Shown: positions 28,547-38,520, counted from the stretch's first letter. The stretch is DNA of 64,000 nt from Treponema sp. (GCA_017940005.1 JAGAZO010000018.1:34030-98029); one strand, 5' to 3'. Made by a program: numbers and translations. Notes: generated by a model from the sequence alone, not told the origin.

Positions 28547-29575
28547 GTGAACGCAGTATTCAAAAAAGCTGGCGTGCTTATGCTCATCGCAAGCATCGCA
28601 GCTGTTTCGTTATCAAGTTGCTCAAAGAGCAAAGAGTCGGAAGACGAGGTGAGTGTCTATTCAATCATGCCAGAAAAATATGCAACGCAAGTCTTTGCAG
28701 AATTTACAAAAGACACTGGCATAAAAGTAAACTTTGTGCGCCTCTCTTCTGGCGAAGCGTTGTCACGTCTTATCGCAGAAAAGAACAATCCGCAAGTTGA
28801 CGCGCTGTGGGGCGGTCCGTCAGATACATACGATGCGGGCATCGATGAAGGCATTTTCGAGCAGTACAAGCCGTCGGAAGCAGACAAGATTCCCGCAAAT
28901 TACCGTTCGCCCGACAACTGGTGGACGGGCATCGGAATCATTCCGTTGTGCTTCCTCACAAATACAGACTTCCTCGAAAAAAACAATCTCCCTGTTCCAA
29001 CAAGCTGGGATGATTATCTGCATCCTGCATACGTGAACGGTTTGCAGATGGCAGATGCACGCACATCGGGCACGGCAACAGAGCGCATCTATTCGCTTGT
29101 CAAAGCACGCGGCAGCGAAGACGCTGCGTTCGATTATCAGAAGAAACTCAACAAAAATGTGCAGCTCTATACAAAGAGTGGCGCGGGCGGGGCGCTTCCT
29201 GCTGCAAACGGGCAAGCTGCTGGCGGCATTTTCTACCTTGTTGATGCACTCGACATCGTGAGTCAGGGCTATCCGCTCGTCATCTCATATCCAAAAGAAG
29301 GCGTTACGTATGGCGTTGAAGGCTCTGGCATTGTAAAAGGCTGCAAGCATCCAGCAGCTGCAAAAAAATTGATGGACTGGGCTTCTACGAAAAAGCTCGG
29401 CGACTTCATGGTTGCAAACAAGATTTTCTACATTCCGACGCGGCCTGATGTTGTTGTTTCTGACCCTGCGCTCGACATGACAAAGATGAGCCTTATTGAT
29501 GCGTCGAGCATTTGGAAGGGCGAAAAGCGCCAGGAATATGTTGAACGATGGATAGCTGAAGTTATTCAACAGTAG
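28547..29575 (+). CDS. ABC transporter substrate-binding lipoprotein (Fe3+/AfuA/FbpA-like family)
   Basis: Lipobox LSSC; SSGEALSRLIAEKNNPQVD, ARTSGTA. Confidence 0.9.
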   Translation: MNAVFKKAGVLMLIASIAAVSLSSCSKSKESEDEVSVYSIMPEKYATQVFAEFTKDTGIKVNFVRLSSGEALSRLIAEKNNPQVDALWGGPSDTYDAGIDEGIFEQYKPSEADKIPANYRSPDNWWTGIGIIPLCFLTNTDFLEKNNLPVPTSWDDYLHPAYVNGLQMADARTSGTATERIYSLVKARGSEDAAFDYQKKLNKNVQLYTKSGAGGALPAANGQAAGGIFYLVDALDIVSQGYPLVISYPKEGVTYGVEGSGIVKGCKHPAAAKKLMDWASTKKLGDFMVANKIFYIPTRPDVVVSDPALDMTKMSLIDASSIWKGEKRQEYVERWIAEVIQQ

Positions 29576-29596
29576 TTTTTGACTTCACGCAAAAAG

Positions 29597-29624
29597 GCCG
29601 TCTTTTTAGGGCGGCTCTTTTTGT
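29597..29624 (+). terminator. Stem-loop between the binding-protein and permease genes
   Basis: AAAAAGGCCGTC-TTTTTA-GGGCGGCTCTTTTT. Confidence 0.6.
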
Positions 29625-29643
29625 ATAACTTGCAAGGTAGCAT

Positions 29644-31377
29644 ATGCAGAATCATGCTGAACAAAAAAAACGTCGCGAGCTGTTTCACAACCTCAACACA
29701 GGCGGCAAAACATTTTCTTTTACACGAGTGAAAAAAGATTCCGCGCTGTTTTGCGCGCTTGTCATCATATGGCTCTGTTTTGCCATATTCATCTTTTATC
29801 CATTGCTCACGCTGCTGCACACGGCATTTTTTTCAAACGGGCGAATCTCTATAGAAATGCTCAAAAAGAATTTTTTGAACACATATACGCTGAAATCTCT
29901 TGCAAACAGCCTTGTGCTCGCAACAGCAGTGAGCGTATGTGGTACTATGCTCGGCTACATCTTTGCGCTCGTCGTAAACAGGACAAACTTGCCGCGCATT
30001 CTCAAAACGCTCATCAGTGCAATCACCATACTGCCGCTCATCTCTCCGCCGTTCACAAGCAGCATCTCTTTGACGCTTGCGCTCGGACCGAACGGCACAT
30101 TGCTCAAATTGCTCGGCATGCCAAATGCAAACATCTACGGATTTGTCGGAACGTGGATTTCTGAAACGCTCACATACTTTCCTGTCGCCTATATGGTCAT
30201 CTCTGCAATTCTCAACACGATGAGCTCAAATCTCGACGACGCGGCATCGAGTCTCGGCGCAAAGCGTGCGAGGATTTTCCGCACAATCACCGTTCCGCTT
30301 TCTGTGCCCGCCATTGCAAATTCGCTGCTGCTTTTGTTTGGTTCAAGCCTTGCAGATTTCGCAACGCCGCTCATTCTCGGCGGCCATAAATTTCCCATTT
30401 TGCCAACGCAGGCATACTTGCAGATCACTGGCATGTTTGATTTAAAAGGCGGCTCCTCTCTGTCGTTTCTGCTCATCATTCCGGCGCTGCTCGTGTTTTT
30501 ATTCCAGCAAGTGCTTGTCGGCAAAAAGAGCTATGTTACCGTTTCGGGCAAAAGCGCAGCGCAGTCGCAGTTTACGCCGCTTCCCAAATTATTAAAAATA
30601 TTGTGCTACGTCATTGCGCTGCTCGTCATCGCATTTGTAATCTATCTGTATTTTATCATACTCGCCGGCTCATTTGTAAAAGTGTGGGGCATCGACAACA
30701 CGCTCACGCTGCAAAATTACCGCTATGTTTTTGCACACGGCAAAAAAGCGATTACAGACACGCTCAAAATCGCAGTTGTCTCAACGCTGCTCGGCGCAGT
30801 TCTTGCAGTTGTACTCGGCTACATCATTCAGCGCAAAGAGTTTCCCGCAAAGCGCGTGCTCGATTTTTCTGCAATGCTCAACTACGCGCTTCCGGGAACT
30901 GTCGTTGGCATCGCATACATCGCTGCATTCAACAAGCCACCACTTTTACTGACAGGCACCATGACGATTCTTGTTGCTACATATATTTTCCGCTATTATG
31001 CAACAGGCATACGCTCTGTCATCGCTTCGCTGCAGCAGATTGATCCCGCGCTTGAAGAAGCGTCTGCAAGCCTCGGCGCAAATTCCGTGCGCACATTCAC
31101 GCACGTCACTGTTCCGCTCATCATTCCGGCAGTGCTCACCGGCATGCGCTACTTATTCATTCACTGCATGACTGCGATAAGCGCGACAATCTTTCTCGTG
31201 TCTGCGCGGTGGACGCTGCTCACAACACGCATTCTCGAAAGCATGACTGAATTGCAGTTTCCAACAGCATCTGCATTTTCGGTTGTGCTTATCATTTTTG
31301 TATTTGCGGCAGACACGCTTATTGCTCTTGCAATGAAAGCATACACATCGCAGTTTTCTGGAAAAAGGCGCACATAA
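29644..31377 (+). CDS. ABC transporter permease (two TM modules)
   Basis: Two EAA loops (LDDAASSLGA; LEEASASLGA). Confidence 0.95.
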   Translation: MQNHAEQKKRRELFHNLNTGGKTFSFTRVKKDSALFCALVIIWLCFAIFIFYPLLTLLHTAFFSNGRISIEMLKKNFLNTYTLKSLANSLVLATAVSVCGTMLGYIFALVVNRTNLPRILKTLISAITILPLISPPFTSSISLTLALGPNGTLLKLLGMPNANIYGFVGTWISETLTYFPVAYMVISAILNTMSSNLDDAASSLGAKRARIFRTITVPLSVPAIANSLLLLFGSSLADFATPLILGGHKFPILPTQAYLQITGMFDLKGGSSLSFLLIIPALLVFLFQQVLVGKKSYVTVSGKSAAQSQFTPLPKLLKILCYVIALLVIAFVIYLYFIILAGSFVKVWGIDNTLTLQNYRYVFAHGKKAITDTLKIAVVSTLLGAVLAVVLGYIIQRKEFPAKRVLDFSAMLNYALPGTVVGIAYIAAFNKPPLLLTGTMTILVATYIFRYYATGIRSVIASLQQIDPALEEASASLGANSVRTFTHVTVPLIIPAVLTGMRYLFIHCMTAISATIFLVSARWTLLTTRILESMTELQFPTASAFSVVLIIFVFAADTLIALAMKAYTSQFSGKRRT

Positions 31378-31379
31378 TT

Positions 31380-32480
31380 TTGGAGAATACTATGGCAGAT
31401 GCAACACTTGTTTTAAAAGATGTAACAAAAACATTCCGCGAAGATGACGGCAGCTTGTTCAATGCTGTCGATGCAGTCAATATTTCTGTTGAAAAAGGCG
31501 AGATGGTCACCTTTCTCGGACCGTCTGGCTGCGGCAAAACAACGACGCTCCGCATGATAGCAGGCTTTGAAATTCCTACAAGCGGCACAATTACCATTGC
31601 TGGCAAGGACATGACGAATGTACCAGTGAACGAGCGCGCAATAGGATTTGTGTTTCAAAATTACGCGCTCTTTCCGCACATGACGATTTACAACAATGTA
31701 GGCTACGGGCTGAAAGCGCGCGGCGAAAAAGACATCCACGACAAAATTATCAATGCGCTTAAGCTTGTCGGATTGAGCGGCGATGAAAACCGCTACCCGA
31801 ACCAGCTTTCAGGTGGCGAGCAGCAGCGCGTTGCTCTTGCGCGCGTCATCGTCATGGAGCCGTCGCTTTTGCTCATGGACGAACCGCTTTCAAATCTCGA
31901 CGCAAAGCTCCGCATCTACATGCGCACGGAAATCCGCCGCATTCAAAAATCACTCGGCATTACGTGCCTGTACGTTACGCACGACCAGTCGGAAGCGCTC
32001 ACTGTATCTGACAGAATTGTTGTGATGAGTCGCGGCAAAGTCGAGCAGATTGGAACGCCGCTCGAAATTTACAGCACGCCCGCTTCCACGTTCGTTGCAG
32101 ATTTTATCGGGCAGGCAAATATCATTCCCGCAAAAATGCAGTCACGCACAGACGACAAAAAAATCACTGCGTCTATTTCCGCTGCAAACGCGGTAACGGC
32201 GGCATGGCACGAAAGCGACATTCCCGCGCAAAATGCAGACGTGTTCCTCGTGGTACGACCTGAAAATATTGCTGTGCGCGATGCAGGAAAAACTCCGATT
32301 GCGGCGACTGTACAAAACAGCGTGTTTGTCGGAAGCCACGTTGAATACGACATGCTCTTTGACGGTAAAACGACAATCAAAGCGAGCATCGATTTTAAAC
32401 CAGATATGCAGTTGTACAAAAGCGGCGATGTCGTTTCGCTTGCATTTGATGAATCGACTGCGTTGTTTTTGAACAAGTGA
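31380..32480 (+). CDS. ABC transporter ATP-binding protein
   Basis: [24 protein letters not shown]-terminus. Confidence 0.95.
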   Translation: MENTMADATLVLKDVTKTFREDDGSLFNAVDAVNISVEKGEMVTFLGPSGCGKTTTLRMIAGFEIPTSGTITIAGKDMTNVPVNERAIGFVFQNYALFPHMTIYNNVGYGLKARGEKDIHDKIINALKLVGLSGDENRYPNQLSGGEQQRVALARVIVMEPSLLLMDEPLSNLDAKLRIYMRTEIRRIQKSLGITCLYVTHDQSEALTVSDRIVVMSRGKVEQIGTPLEIYSTPASTFVADFIGQANIIPAKMQSRTDDKKITASISAANAVTAAWHESDIPAQNADVFLVVRPENIAVRDAGKTPIAATVQNSVFVGSHVEYDMLFDGKTTIKASIDFKPDMQLYKSGDVVSLAFDESTALFLNK

Positions 32481-32579
32481 GTTGTTGGGCGCGTTTGCTC
32501 ACCGCATGACGCACTGTATGTTTGCTGGGTATCTTTCTGTGTCGTTGTCGGCACTTGTTGTTTTTGCTATACTACATGT

Positions 32580-34007
32580 ATGGTAATCGCTTCGATTGAT
32601 TTGAAAGACGGTCGCGTTGTGCAGCTTAAAAATGGAAAATCGCTTGTGCTTGAACGCAATGATGCAGACGCGCTCATAGAAGAGTTCAACCGCTATGGCG
32701 AAGTTGCTGTTATAGATGTAGATGCCGCGCTTGGAAACAGCGATGAAAAAGGCAATACAAAAAATACAGAGCTTTTGAAACGCCTTTTGCGAAAAGGAAA
32801 TGTGCGCGTAGGCGGTGGCATTCGGAGCGTCAAGCGTGCAAAAGAGCTTGTTGCGCTCGGCGCAGAAAAAGTGATTGTCGGCTCCGCCGCGTGGAATATC
32901 AGAGCAGCGGAGCAGAGGAAAAGCGCGATACCTGACAGTGCGACTGCTCGCAGCGCGAGTGCTTGTGTAATTAATGCGGCAGATGGCGACGCGGTTAGCG
33001 TGTCTGATGCAACTGCAAGTGATGCGACTGCTCACAGCGCGAAATCAGACATTATCAACGCGGCATTTCTTGACGAACTCGTTTCTGCAATCGGAAAGCA
33101 GCGAGTCATCATTGCTGTTGATTCAATAGGCGGAAACATTGCAGTAAATGGCTGGACGGAAACAGTAAATGTGCCGCTCGTGCAAGGCGCACAGCTTGCA
33201 GAAAAATATTGTAGCGAGCTGCTGTTCACGTGCGTAGAAAAAGAAGGTTGCATGAGTGGCACAGACATGACGCTTGTGCAGCAGCTTCGGAGCGCAGTAT
33301 CATGTCGCGTTGTCGCAGCGGGCGGCGTTTCCTCTGTTCCAGAGATTGCAGCTCTTGAAAAAATTGGGTGCGATGTGCAGCTTGGCATGGCGCTGTACAC
33401 AGGCGCAGTCTCGCTCAAAGATGCGTTTATTGGCTGCTTGAACTGGGCAAAATCGCCACTCATTCCTGTGATTGCGCAGAGCGTAAACGGAGACGTACTC
33501 ATGCTCGGCTACGCAAATCAAGAAGCGTTTGCGAAATCATTTGATACAAACCGCCTTACGTTTTTTAGTCGCACGCGTGGCACGCTGTGGACAAAAGGCG
33601 AGACGAGCGGCAACTACCTTGAGCTTGTAAAACTCCGTGCAGACTGCGACCGCGACACAGTGCTTGCAACTGTCGTGCCGCGTGGAAATGTATGCCACAC
33701 CGGTGCATTCACATGCTTTTCGGGCGAAGCGGCAGAGCCGTCATCTGCGGGGAAACTGTACAATATCATCGCTGAACGATTTGCGCATCCTACTCCTGGC
33801 TCGTACACAGCAACGCTCGACGACACGCGCGTGCGCGAAAAGATTATGGAAGAAGCGGAAGAGCTGTGCGACGAAGCGCAAACAAAGCAGGATGTTGTTT
33901 GGGAAACGGCAGATTTGTTTTACTTTTTAAACGTGCTCATGTATAAAGAAGGCGTTACATGGAAAGACGTGTACGACGAGCTTGACAGACGGCATCGAGA
34001 GCGGTAG
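32580..34007 (+). CDS. hisIE: Fusion of HisA-like barrel + HisI (PR-AMP cyclohydrolase) + HisE (PR-ATP pyrophosphatase)
   Basis: SIDLKDGRVVQL; KGETSGN..DCDRD..CHTG; SYTA..KIMEEAEE..ETADL. Confidence 0.9.
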   Translation: MVIASIDLKDGRVVQLKNGKSLVLERNDADALIEEFNRYGEVAVIDVDAALGNSDEKGNTKNTELLKRLLRKGNVRVGGGIRSVKRAKELVALGAEKVIVGSAAWNIRAAEQRKSAIPDSATARSASACVINAADGDAVSVSDATASDATAHSAKSDIINAAFLDELVSAIGKQRVIIAVDSIGGNIAVNGWTETVNVPLVQGAQLAEKYCSELLFTCVEKEGCMSGTDMTLVQQLRSAVSCRVVAAGGVSSVPEIAALEKIGCDVQLGMALYTGAVSLKDAFIGCLNWAKSPLIPVIAQSVNGDVLMLGYANQEAFAKSFDTNRLTFFSRTRGTLWTKGETSGNYLELVKLRADCDRDTVLATVVPRGNVCHTGAFTCFSGEAAEPSSAGKLYNIIAERFAHPTPGSYTATLDDTRVREKIMEEAEELCDEAQTKQDVVWETADLFYFLNVLMYKEGVTWKDVYDELDRRHRER

Positions 34008-34234
34008 CAAGTTTTAATAATTGAGTTATCTATAATTCAGTTCATTTGTATTTCGGTCAGTTTGTGTTTTGTTTATTTGTTTTTTTGCCGACCTGTCGAA
34101 AATGGAGGGGCGGATTATTTCCAAAGATTGCACCTCCGCCACGTCCATTTACGGGAATGTAAAGCTAGCAGTCTTTAGGTCGGTTTCCTGGTTCACGTTC
34201 TCATAAATGAACGTCTGCCACTTGCTACTGGGAG

Positions 34235-34589
34235 AAAAGTCTTGCGGATTCTGACACTGAACTTGTGTACAATCAGAAGTTTACGCGGCACTTGCCGAGA
34301 ACTATCCAGAAAGTAGCGTTGCGAAAGCTGATAATGATAGACAATGCAAAGTGCCTGAATGACCTGCGCGTACCGCCTGGCACAGGAAATAAACGTGCCC
34401 GTCTCGCGCGTACAGGACATCCTGCATGACCGCCGCAAGATTACTGTTGATACGTCGCTTCGGTTTGCAAAATTCTTCAGTGTGTCGGAAGGCTATTTTA
34501 TGTCATTGCAGAATGACATAGATATCCGCAACGCCCGCATTGAACTTGCGCCGCAGATAGAGCAGATAAAAGCGTATGCCTACGCATAA
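34235..34589 (+). pseudogene. Collapsed higBA toxin-antitoxin remnant (HigB 5' half fused to HigA 3' part)
   Basis: KSLADSDTELVYNQ..ALRKLIMIDNAKCLNDLRVPPG (HigB-like) joined at 34371-34382 to AYRLAQEINVPVSRVQDILHDRRKITVDTSLRFAKFF (HigA-like). Confidence 0.85.
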
Positions 34590-34650
34590 AATCTATGCTA
34601 CTTACATGAGTAACGGTAAAGAGGAGGCAGTTTGGTTCGTTTTGCCGAGT

Positions 34651-34986
34651 TTAGTTTAGGTTGTTTTGTTTAGGAAGAAGCGTTGGCAGTTTTAGTGGTT
34701 CAACTGTTTTTTCCAAAACACAAACTTCCAAACTGTCTGCCATTGCACGACATGGTTCAATCATATCATCGGCAAGATTGAAGCTGTTAAAATCATTGTG
34801 ATGGTGAATGCACAATGAAATCCTGTTGAAAGCAATGCTCTGATGATATAACTCCTGATGATTGCATAGCTGTAATTGAGCGCGCTGTTTACTTCATCGG
34901 GGGGATTGATTTGCTCAAATAACATTCGCGCGTTTTTCTATGTGCACTTCCGATGGCTTTATAATTTCTGCAATTCGATATGCCAT
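34651..34986 (-). pseudogene. cas1: Internally deleted type II cas1 remnant
   Basis: Pieces in different frames: MAYRIAEIIKPSEVHIEK / DEVNSALNYSYAIIRSYIIRALLSTGFHCAF / HHHNDFNSFNLADDMIEPCRAMAD / LKLPTLLP*. Confidence 0.85.
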
Positions 34987-35153
34987 GTCGCAATTGTAAC
35001 ATGAAATCAACGAGAATTGTAATTTGTGGCTGTTCACATGTTGTATGGCATATTCTATTTTTTTTTGCTATACTGCATGCAGCTGTTGCATGCAGATTGT
35101 GCACGCTTGGAAAATTGTGCGTATGGTGTACGCAGCAGCAAAGCAGTAACGCC

Positions 35154-36602
35154 ATGATACAAATACAAAATGCATCAGATGTTGAAGACTCATTTTTTGC
35201 GCCACGCGATTTTACCGGTTCGTCAGAGCTTGTGCGCGCTGTGCTTGACGACGTAAAAGCACGCGGAGATGATGCGCTTCGCGAGTACGGCGAAAAGTTT
35301 GACGGCATGCGCACCGAATCGTTTTTGATTTGCGAACGTGAGCTTGCACGGGCGGCGGAAAAATTGCAGCGCGAGAATGAACGCGTGTATGACGCGCTCG
35401 TATATTCGCGCGACTTGGCGTTGCGCTTTGCGCTCAAGCAAAAAGAATCGTTCACTGATTTTGAAGTGGAGCTTGAGCGTGGGCTTTTTACCGGACAAAA
35501 GATAATTCCCGTTTCTCGCGCAGGCGTGTATGTTCCCGCAGGACGCTTTCCGCTTGTGTCAACAGTTGTTATGACAGCAACGCCAGCAGTTGCAGCGGGC
35601 GTGCAGGAAATTGTGCTGTGCACTCCGCCGCGCGTGCATCCCGATGACGTGCAGCGCAACGCAGGCGGCGCAAGCTGTGCAGATGCCGCATGTGGCACAA
35701 ATCGTGCAAACAGTACAACGACGGGCAATGCGGTAGCGGGCAGCGCAACGGCGGTCACCATGCGCAACAATGCAGACAGCGTAAGCGGCAAGCCATATGC
35801 AGATGAAATGATTCTTGCTGCAGCCCACATTTGCGGCGTAAAAAATGTATACGCAGTTGGCGGCGCGCAAGCGATTGCAGCTATGGCGTTCGGTACGCAG
35901 ACAATTCCCGCATGCGATGTAATCGTGGGACCGGGAAATAAATTTGTTGCCGCCGCAAAAAAAGAAGTGTACGGCACTGTTGGCATAGACATGATTGCGG
36001 GGCCTACAGAAGTGTTCATCATTGCGGACAGTTCTGCGAATCCTGCATGGCTTGCCGCCGACTTGCTCGCGCAGGCCGAGCACGATGTCGAGGCACAACC
36101 AGTGCTCGCCACACCCGACAAGCAACTGGCGCAACATGTTGCAGCGGAAATTGAAAAGCAGCTGGCGCTTCTCCCCACGCGCAAAACAGCAGAGGCGAGC
36201 ATTGAAACGTGCGGCAGGATTATCATCACTGAGTCGTTTGAGCAGGCGGCGGAACTTGCGAATCGCAAAGCGCCGGAGCACCTTGAACTTGCAATGGAAC
36301 GTGGAAGCGCGCGCGAAAAAATTGTGTCACTCGTTCACAATTACGGCTCGCTCTTTGTGGGGCACTACGCGGCAGAAGTGCTCGGCGACTATGCCGCAGG
36401 ATTAAATCACACGCTGCCAACTTCTGGTTCCGCGCGATTTACCGGTGGCTTGAGCGTGCGTTGCTTTTTGAAAACGGTGACAACGCTCCGCGCAGAAAAA
36501 GATGCTGACGGTTTGAAAAAAAGTGCAGCGGCAAGCGCGCATTTGGGAGATGCGGAAGGTCTTGCCGCCCACGCGAATGCCGCACGGTTGCGCATGCAGT
36601 GA
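35154..36602 (+). CDS. hisD: Histidinol dehydrogenase
   Basis: GVYVPAG, VGGAQAIAAMAFGT, GPGNKFV, DMIAGPTE, AQAEHD, APEHLEL, GLNHTLPT; start at ATG 35154 rather than 34980. Confidence 0.95.
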   Translation: MIQIQNASDVEDSFFAPRDFTGSSELVRAVLDDVKARGDDALREYGEKFDGMRTESFLICERELARAAEKLQRENERVYDALVYSRDLALRFALKQKESFTDFEVELERGLFTGQKIIPVSRAGVYVPAGRFPLVSTVVMTATPAVAAGVQEIVLCTPPRVHPDDVQRNAGGASCADAACGTNRANSTTTGNAVAGSATAVTMRNNADSVSGKPYADEMILAAAHICGVKNVYAVGGAQAIAAMAFGTQTIPACDVIVGPGNKFVAAAKKEVYGTVGIDMIAGPTEVFIIADSSANPAWLAADLLAQAEHDVEAQPVLATPDKQLAQHVAAEIEKQLALLPTRKTAEASIETCGRIIITESFEQAAELANRKAPEHLELAMERGSAREKIVSLVHNYGSLFVGHYAAEVLGDYAAGLNHTLPTSGSARFTGGLSVRCFLKTVTTLRAEKDADGLKKSAAASAHLGDAEGLAAHANAARLRMQ

Positions 36603-36638
36603 AAAATTGCCAAGCGAATCTGACAATGCGGAGCAGAA

Positions 36639-36763
36639 TGATGAAGCGCATGCGGTGCGCCAGCAATAAAACGCACACCATGTGTTAATGACAGAGCGCG
36701 TACCATGCGCTACTGACAGGGCGAGCGTTGTGCGTTAATAACAAAACGCGCGCAATGCGTTAA
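36639..36763. repeat. Five degenerate 25-bp tandem repeats
   Basis: Units start at 36639, 36664, 36689, 36714 and 36739; consensus about TGACAAAGCGCGCACCATGCGTTAA. Confidence 0.65.
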
Positions 36764-36824
36764 CGATAAGGGCATCCTTAAAAAGCTAAAGTTTTTAGAG
36801 GCGCCCTGAAACAGGAGCTTTATT

Positions 36825-37391
36825 GTGATAAAGATTTACAAACTTGGCGAAGATGTTTTGCGCGAAAAAGCAGAACCTGTCGCAGAAGTAACAGATGAAA
36901 TACGGAAGCTCATCGACGACATGTTTGAAGCGATGATTGCTCACGAGGGCGTGGGACTTGCGGGTCCGCAAGTTGGCAAAAAGCTGCGCATATTCATTGC
37001 GCTTGCCGACGATAACGTGCGCCGCGTATTTATCAATCCGCAGATTGTCTCCACATCGCAGGAGTTGAGCGACTATGAAGAAGGCTGTCTCTCAATTCCA
37101 GGCGTGTACGAAACAATCCGCCGTCCCATGCGCGTAACAGTGCAAGCGCTCAACGAAAAAGGCAAGCCGTTCACGCTCGAAGCAGACGGGCTGCTTGCGC
37201 GAATCATTCAGCACGAGGTAGACCACTTGAACGGCATTTTGTTCATAGACCGCGGCGACAAAGCGTTTGCAGAAAAAACAACGTTGCAGTTCAAGCGGCG
37301 CGAAGAAAAGCTCGCCAAGAAAAAAGCGGAACGCGAGCGCAAGCAGCAGCGCATTGCGGCAAAAATCGCAGCAAAAGAAAAACGCGCATAG
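36825..37391 (+). CDS. def: Peptide deformylase
   Basis: GVGLAGPQVG, EGCLS, QHEVDHLNG. Confidence 0.97.
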   Translation: MIKIYKLGEDVLREKAEPVAEVTDEIRKLIDDMFEAMIAHEGVGLAGPQVGKKLRIFIALADDNVRRVFINPQIVSTSQELSDYEEGCLSIPGVYETIRRPMRVTVQALNEKGKPFTLEADGLLARIIQHEVDHLNGILFIDRGDKAFAEKTTLQFKRREEKLAKKKAERERKQQRIAAKIAAKEKRA

Positions 37392-37455
37392 GCTTGCCGC
37401 GTGACAAAATGGCGATGCGTAGTATTTTATCTCGCAATGTGGTAGTATCGCTGGT

Positions 37456-38478
37456 ATGATTCGAGTGCTCTATGCAGGAAGCCCCTCCGCTTCTGCAACA
37501 ACATTTTCGCTGCTTGCTCAAAACGCAACCGATTATGAAATTGTCGGCGTGCTCACAAATCCCGCAAGCGCACAAGGGCGACACAAAACGCCCGTGCCAA
37601 CGCCTGTTGCAACTGCCGCCCGCGAGCGCGGCATTCCTGTTTTTACACCAGAGCATCTCGATGCTGCATGCCGCGAACAGATTACCGCAGTCAGCCCCGA
37701 CATGCTTGTGTGCTTTGCATACGGTCATATTTTCGGGCCGAAATTTCTTGCGTTGTTCAAATACGGCGGCATCAACCTTCATCCATCACTGCTGCCAAAA
37801 TATCGCGGTGCCACTCCGGTAAATGCGGCAATTTTAAATGGAGATGCGCAAACAGGAATCACCGTGCAGCGTCTTGCGCTCGCTATGGACGAGGGCGATA
37901 TTCTTGCACAGGAAATTGTTGCGCTGCATGGCACGGAGACTGCTGGCTCGTTGCTCGACTACAGCGCGCTTCGCGGCGCAGAACTTATTAAACATGTACT
38001 CGCTCATTGCGCAACATACAACGCGCTGCCGGATGGAACGGCGCAACATGGCGAAGCGTCATACACAAACGTGATTGCAAAAAACGATTGCCACATCAAC
38101 TGGGAAAAAAGCGCACAAGAGATTGACGCGCATGTGCGCGCGTATTCACCTGAACCGAGCGCATGGACGCTTGCAGATGGCGAGCAGCTGAAAATACTCG
38201 AGGCGCATGTTGCACAAGGAGATGTGGAACGCGTCGCATGTAAGGACAGCTGCGCATATGACACAAAAGCTGCTGCCTGCGAAACTGATGCTGCCAGCAA
38301 AAATCCTGTCGCACCAAGCGGCACGGTGCTGTCGTTTCACAAAAAGCACGGCATCTTTGTAAAAACAGGAAACGGCTTGCTCGTCGTCACCAAGCTGCAA
38401 AAGCAAGGCAAAAGAGCGATGGATGCAGCAGCGTTTATGAACGGCGCGCGCGATTTTGTGGGAATGTTATTAAAGTAG
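37456..38478 (+). CDS. fmt: Methionyl-tRNA formyltransferase
   Basis: INLHPSLLPKYRGATP, MDEGDI. Confidence 0.97.
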   Translation: MIRVLYAGSPSASATTFSLLAQNATDYEIVGVLTNPASAQGRHKTPVPTPVATAARERGIPVFTPEHLDAACREQITAVSPDMLVCFAYGHIFGPKFLALFKYGGINLHPSLLPKYRGATPVNAAILNGDAQTGITVQRLALAMDEGDILAQEIVALHGTETAGSLLDYSALRGAELIKHVLAHCATYNALPDGTAQHGEASYTNVIAKNDCHINWEKSAQEIDAHVRAYSPEPSAWTLADGEQLKILEAHVAQGDVERVACKDSCAYDTKAAACETDAASKNPVAPSGTVLSFHKKHGIFVKTGNGLLVVTKLQKQGKRAMDAAAFMNGARDFVGMLLK

Positions 38479-38520
38479 CAGTAAAAAATCATCTTTAATC
38501 TTTTTCCATCTTTTTCGGGC

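Noticed and set aside
34011-34046. 36-nt GTTTTA-starting segment as a possible leftover CRISPR repeat
   Set aside because: Single copy with no spacer pattern; it is better explained as the hisIE terminator hairpin
34095-34150. tRNA- or tmRNA-like words (CCTCCGCCA, TTCGACAGG)
   Set aside because: No T-loop or cloverleaf can be built
34889-36268. 459-aa minus-strand ORF
   Set aside because: Antisense shadow of hisD; the GCN-rich codon use makes long opposite-strand ORFs common here
36639-36763. 25-bp array as a CRISPR
   Set aside because: The units are contiguous and degenerate, with no unique spacers
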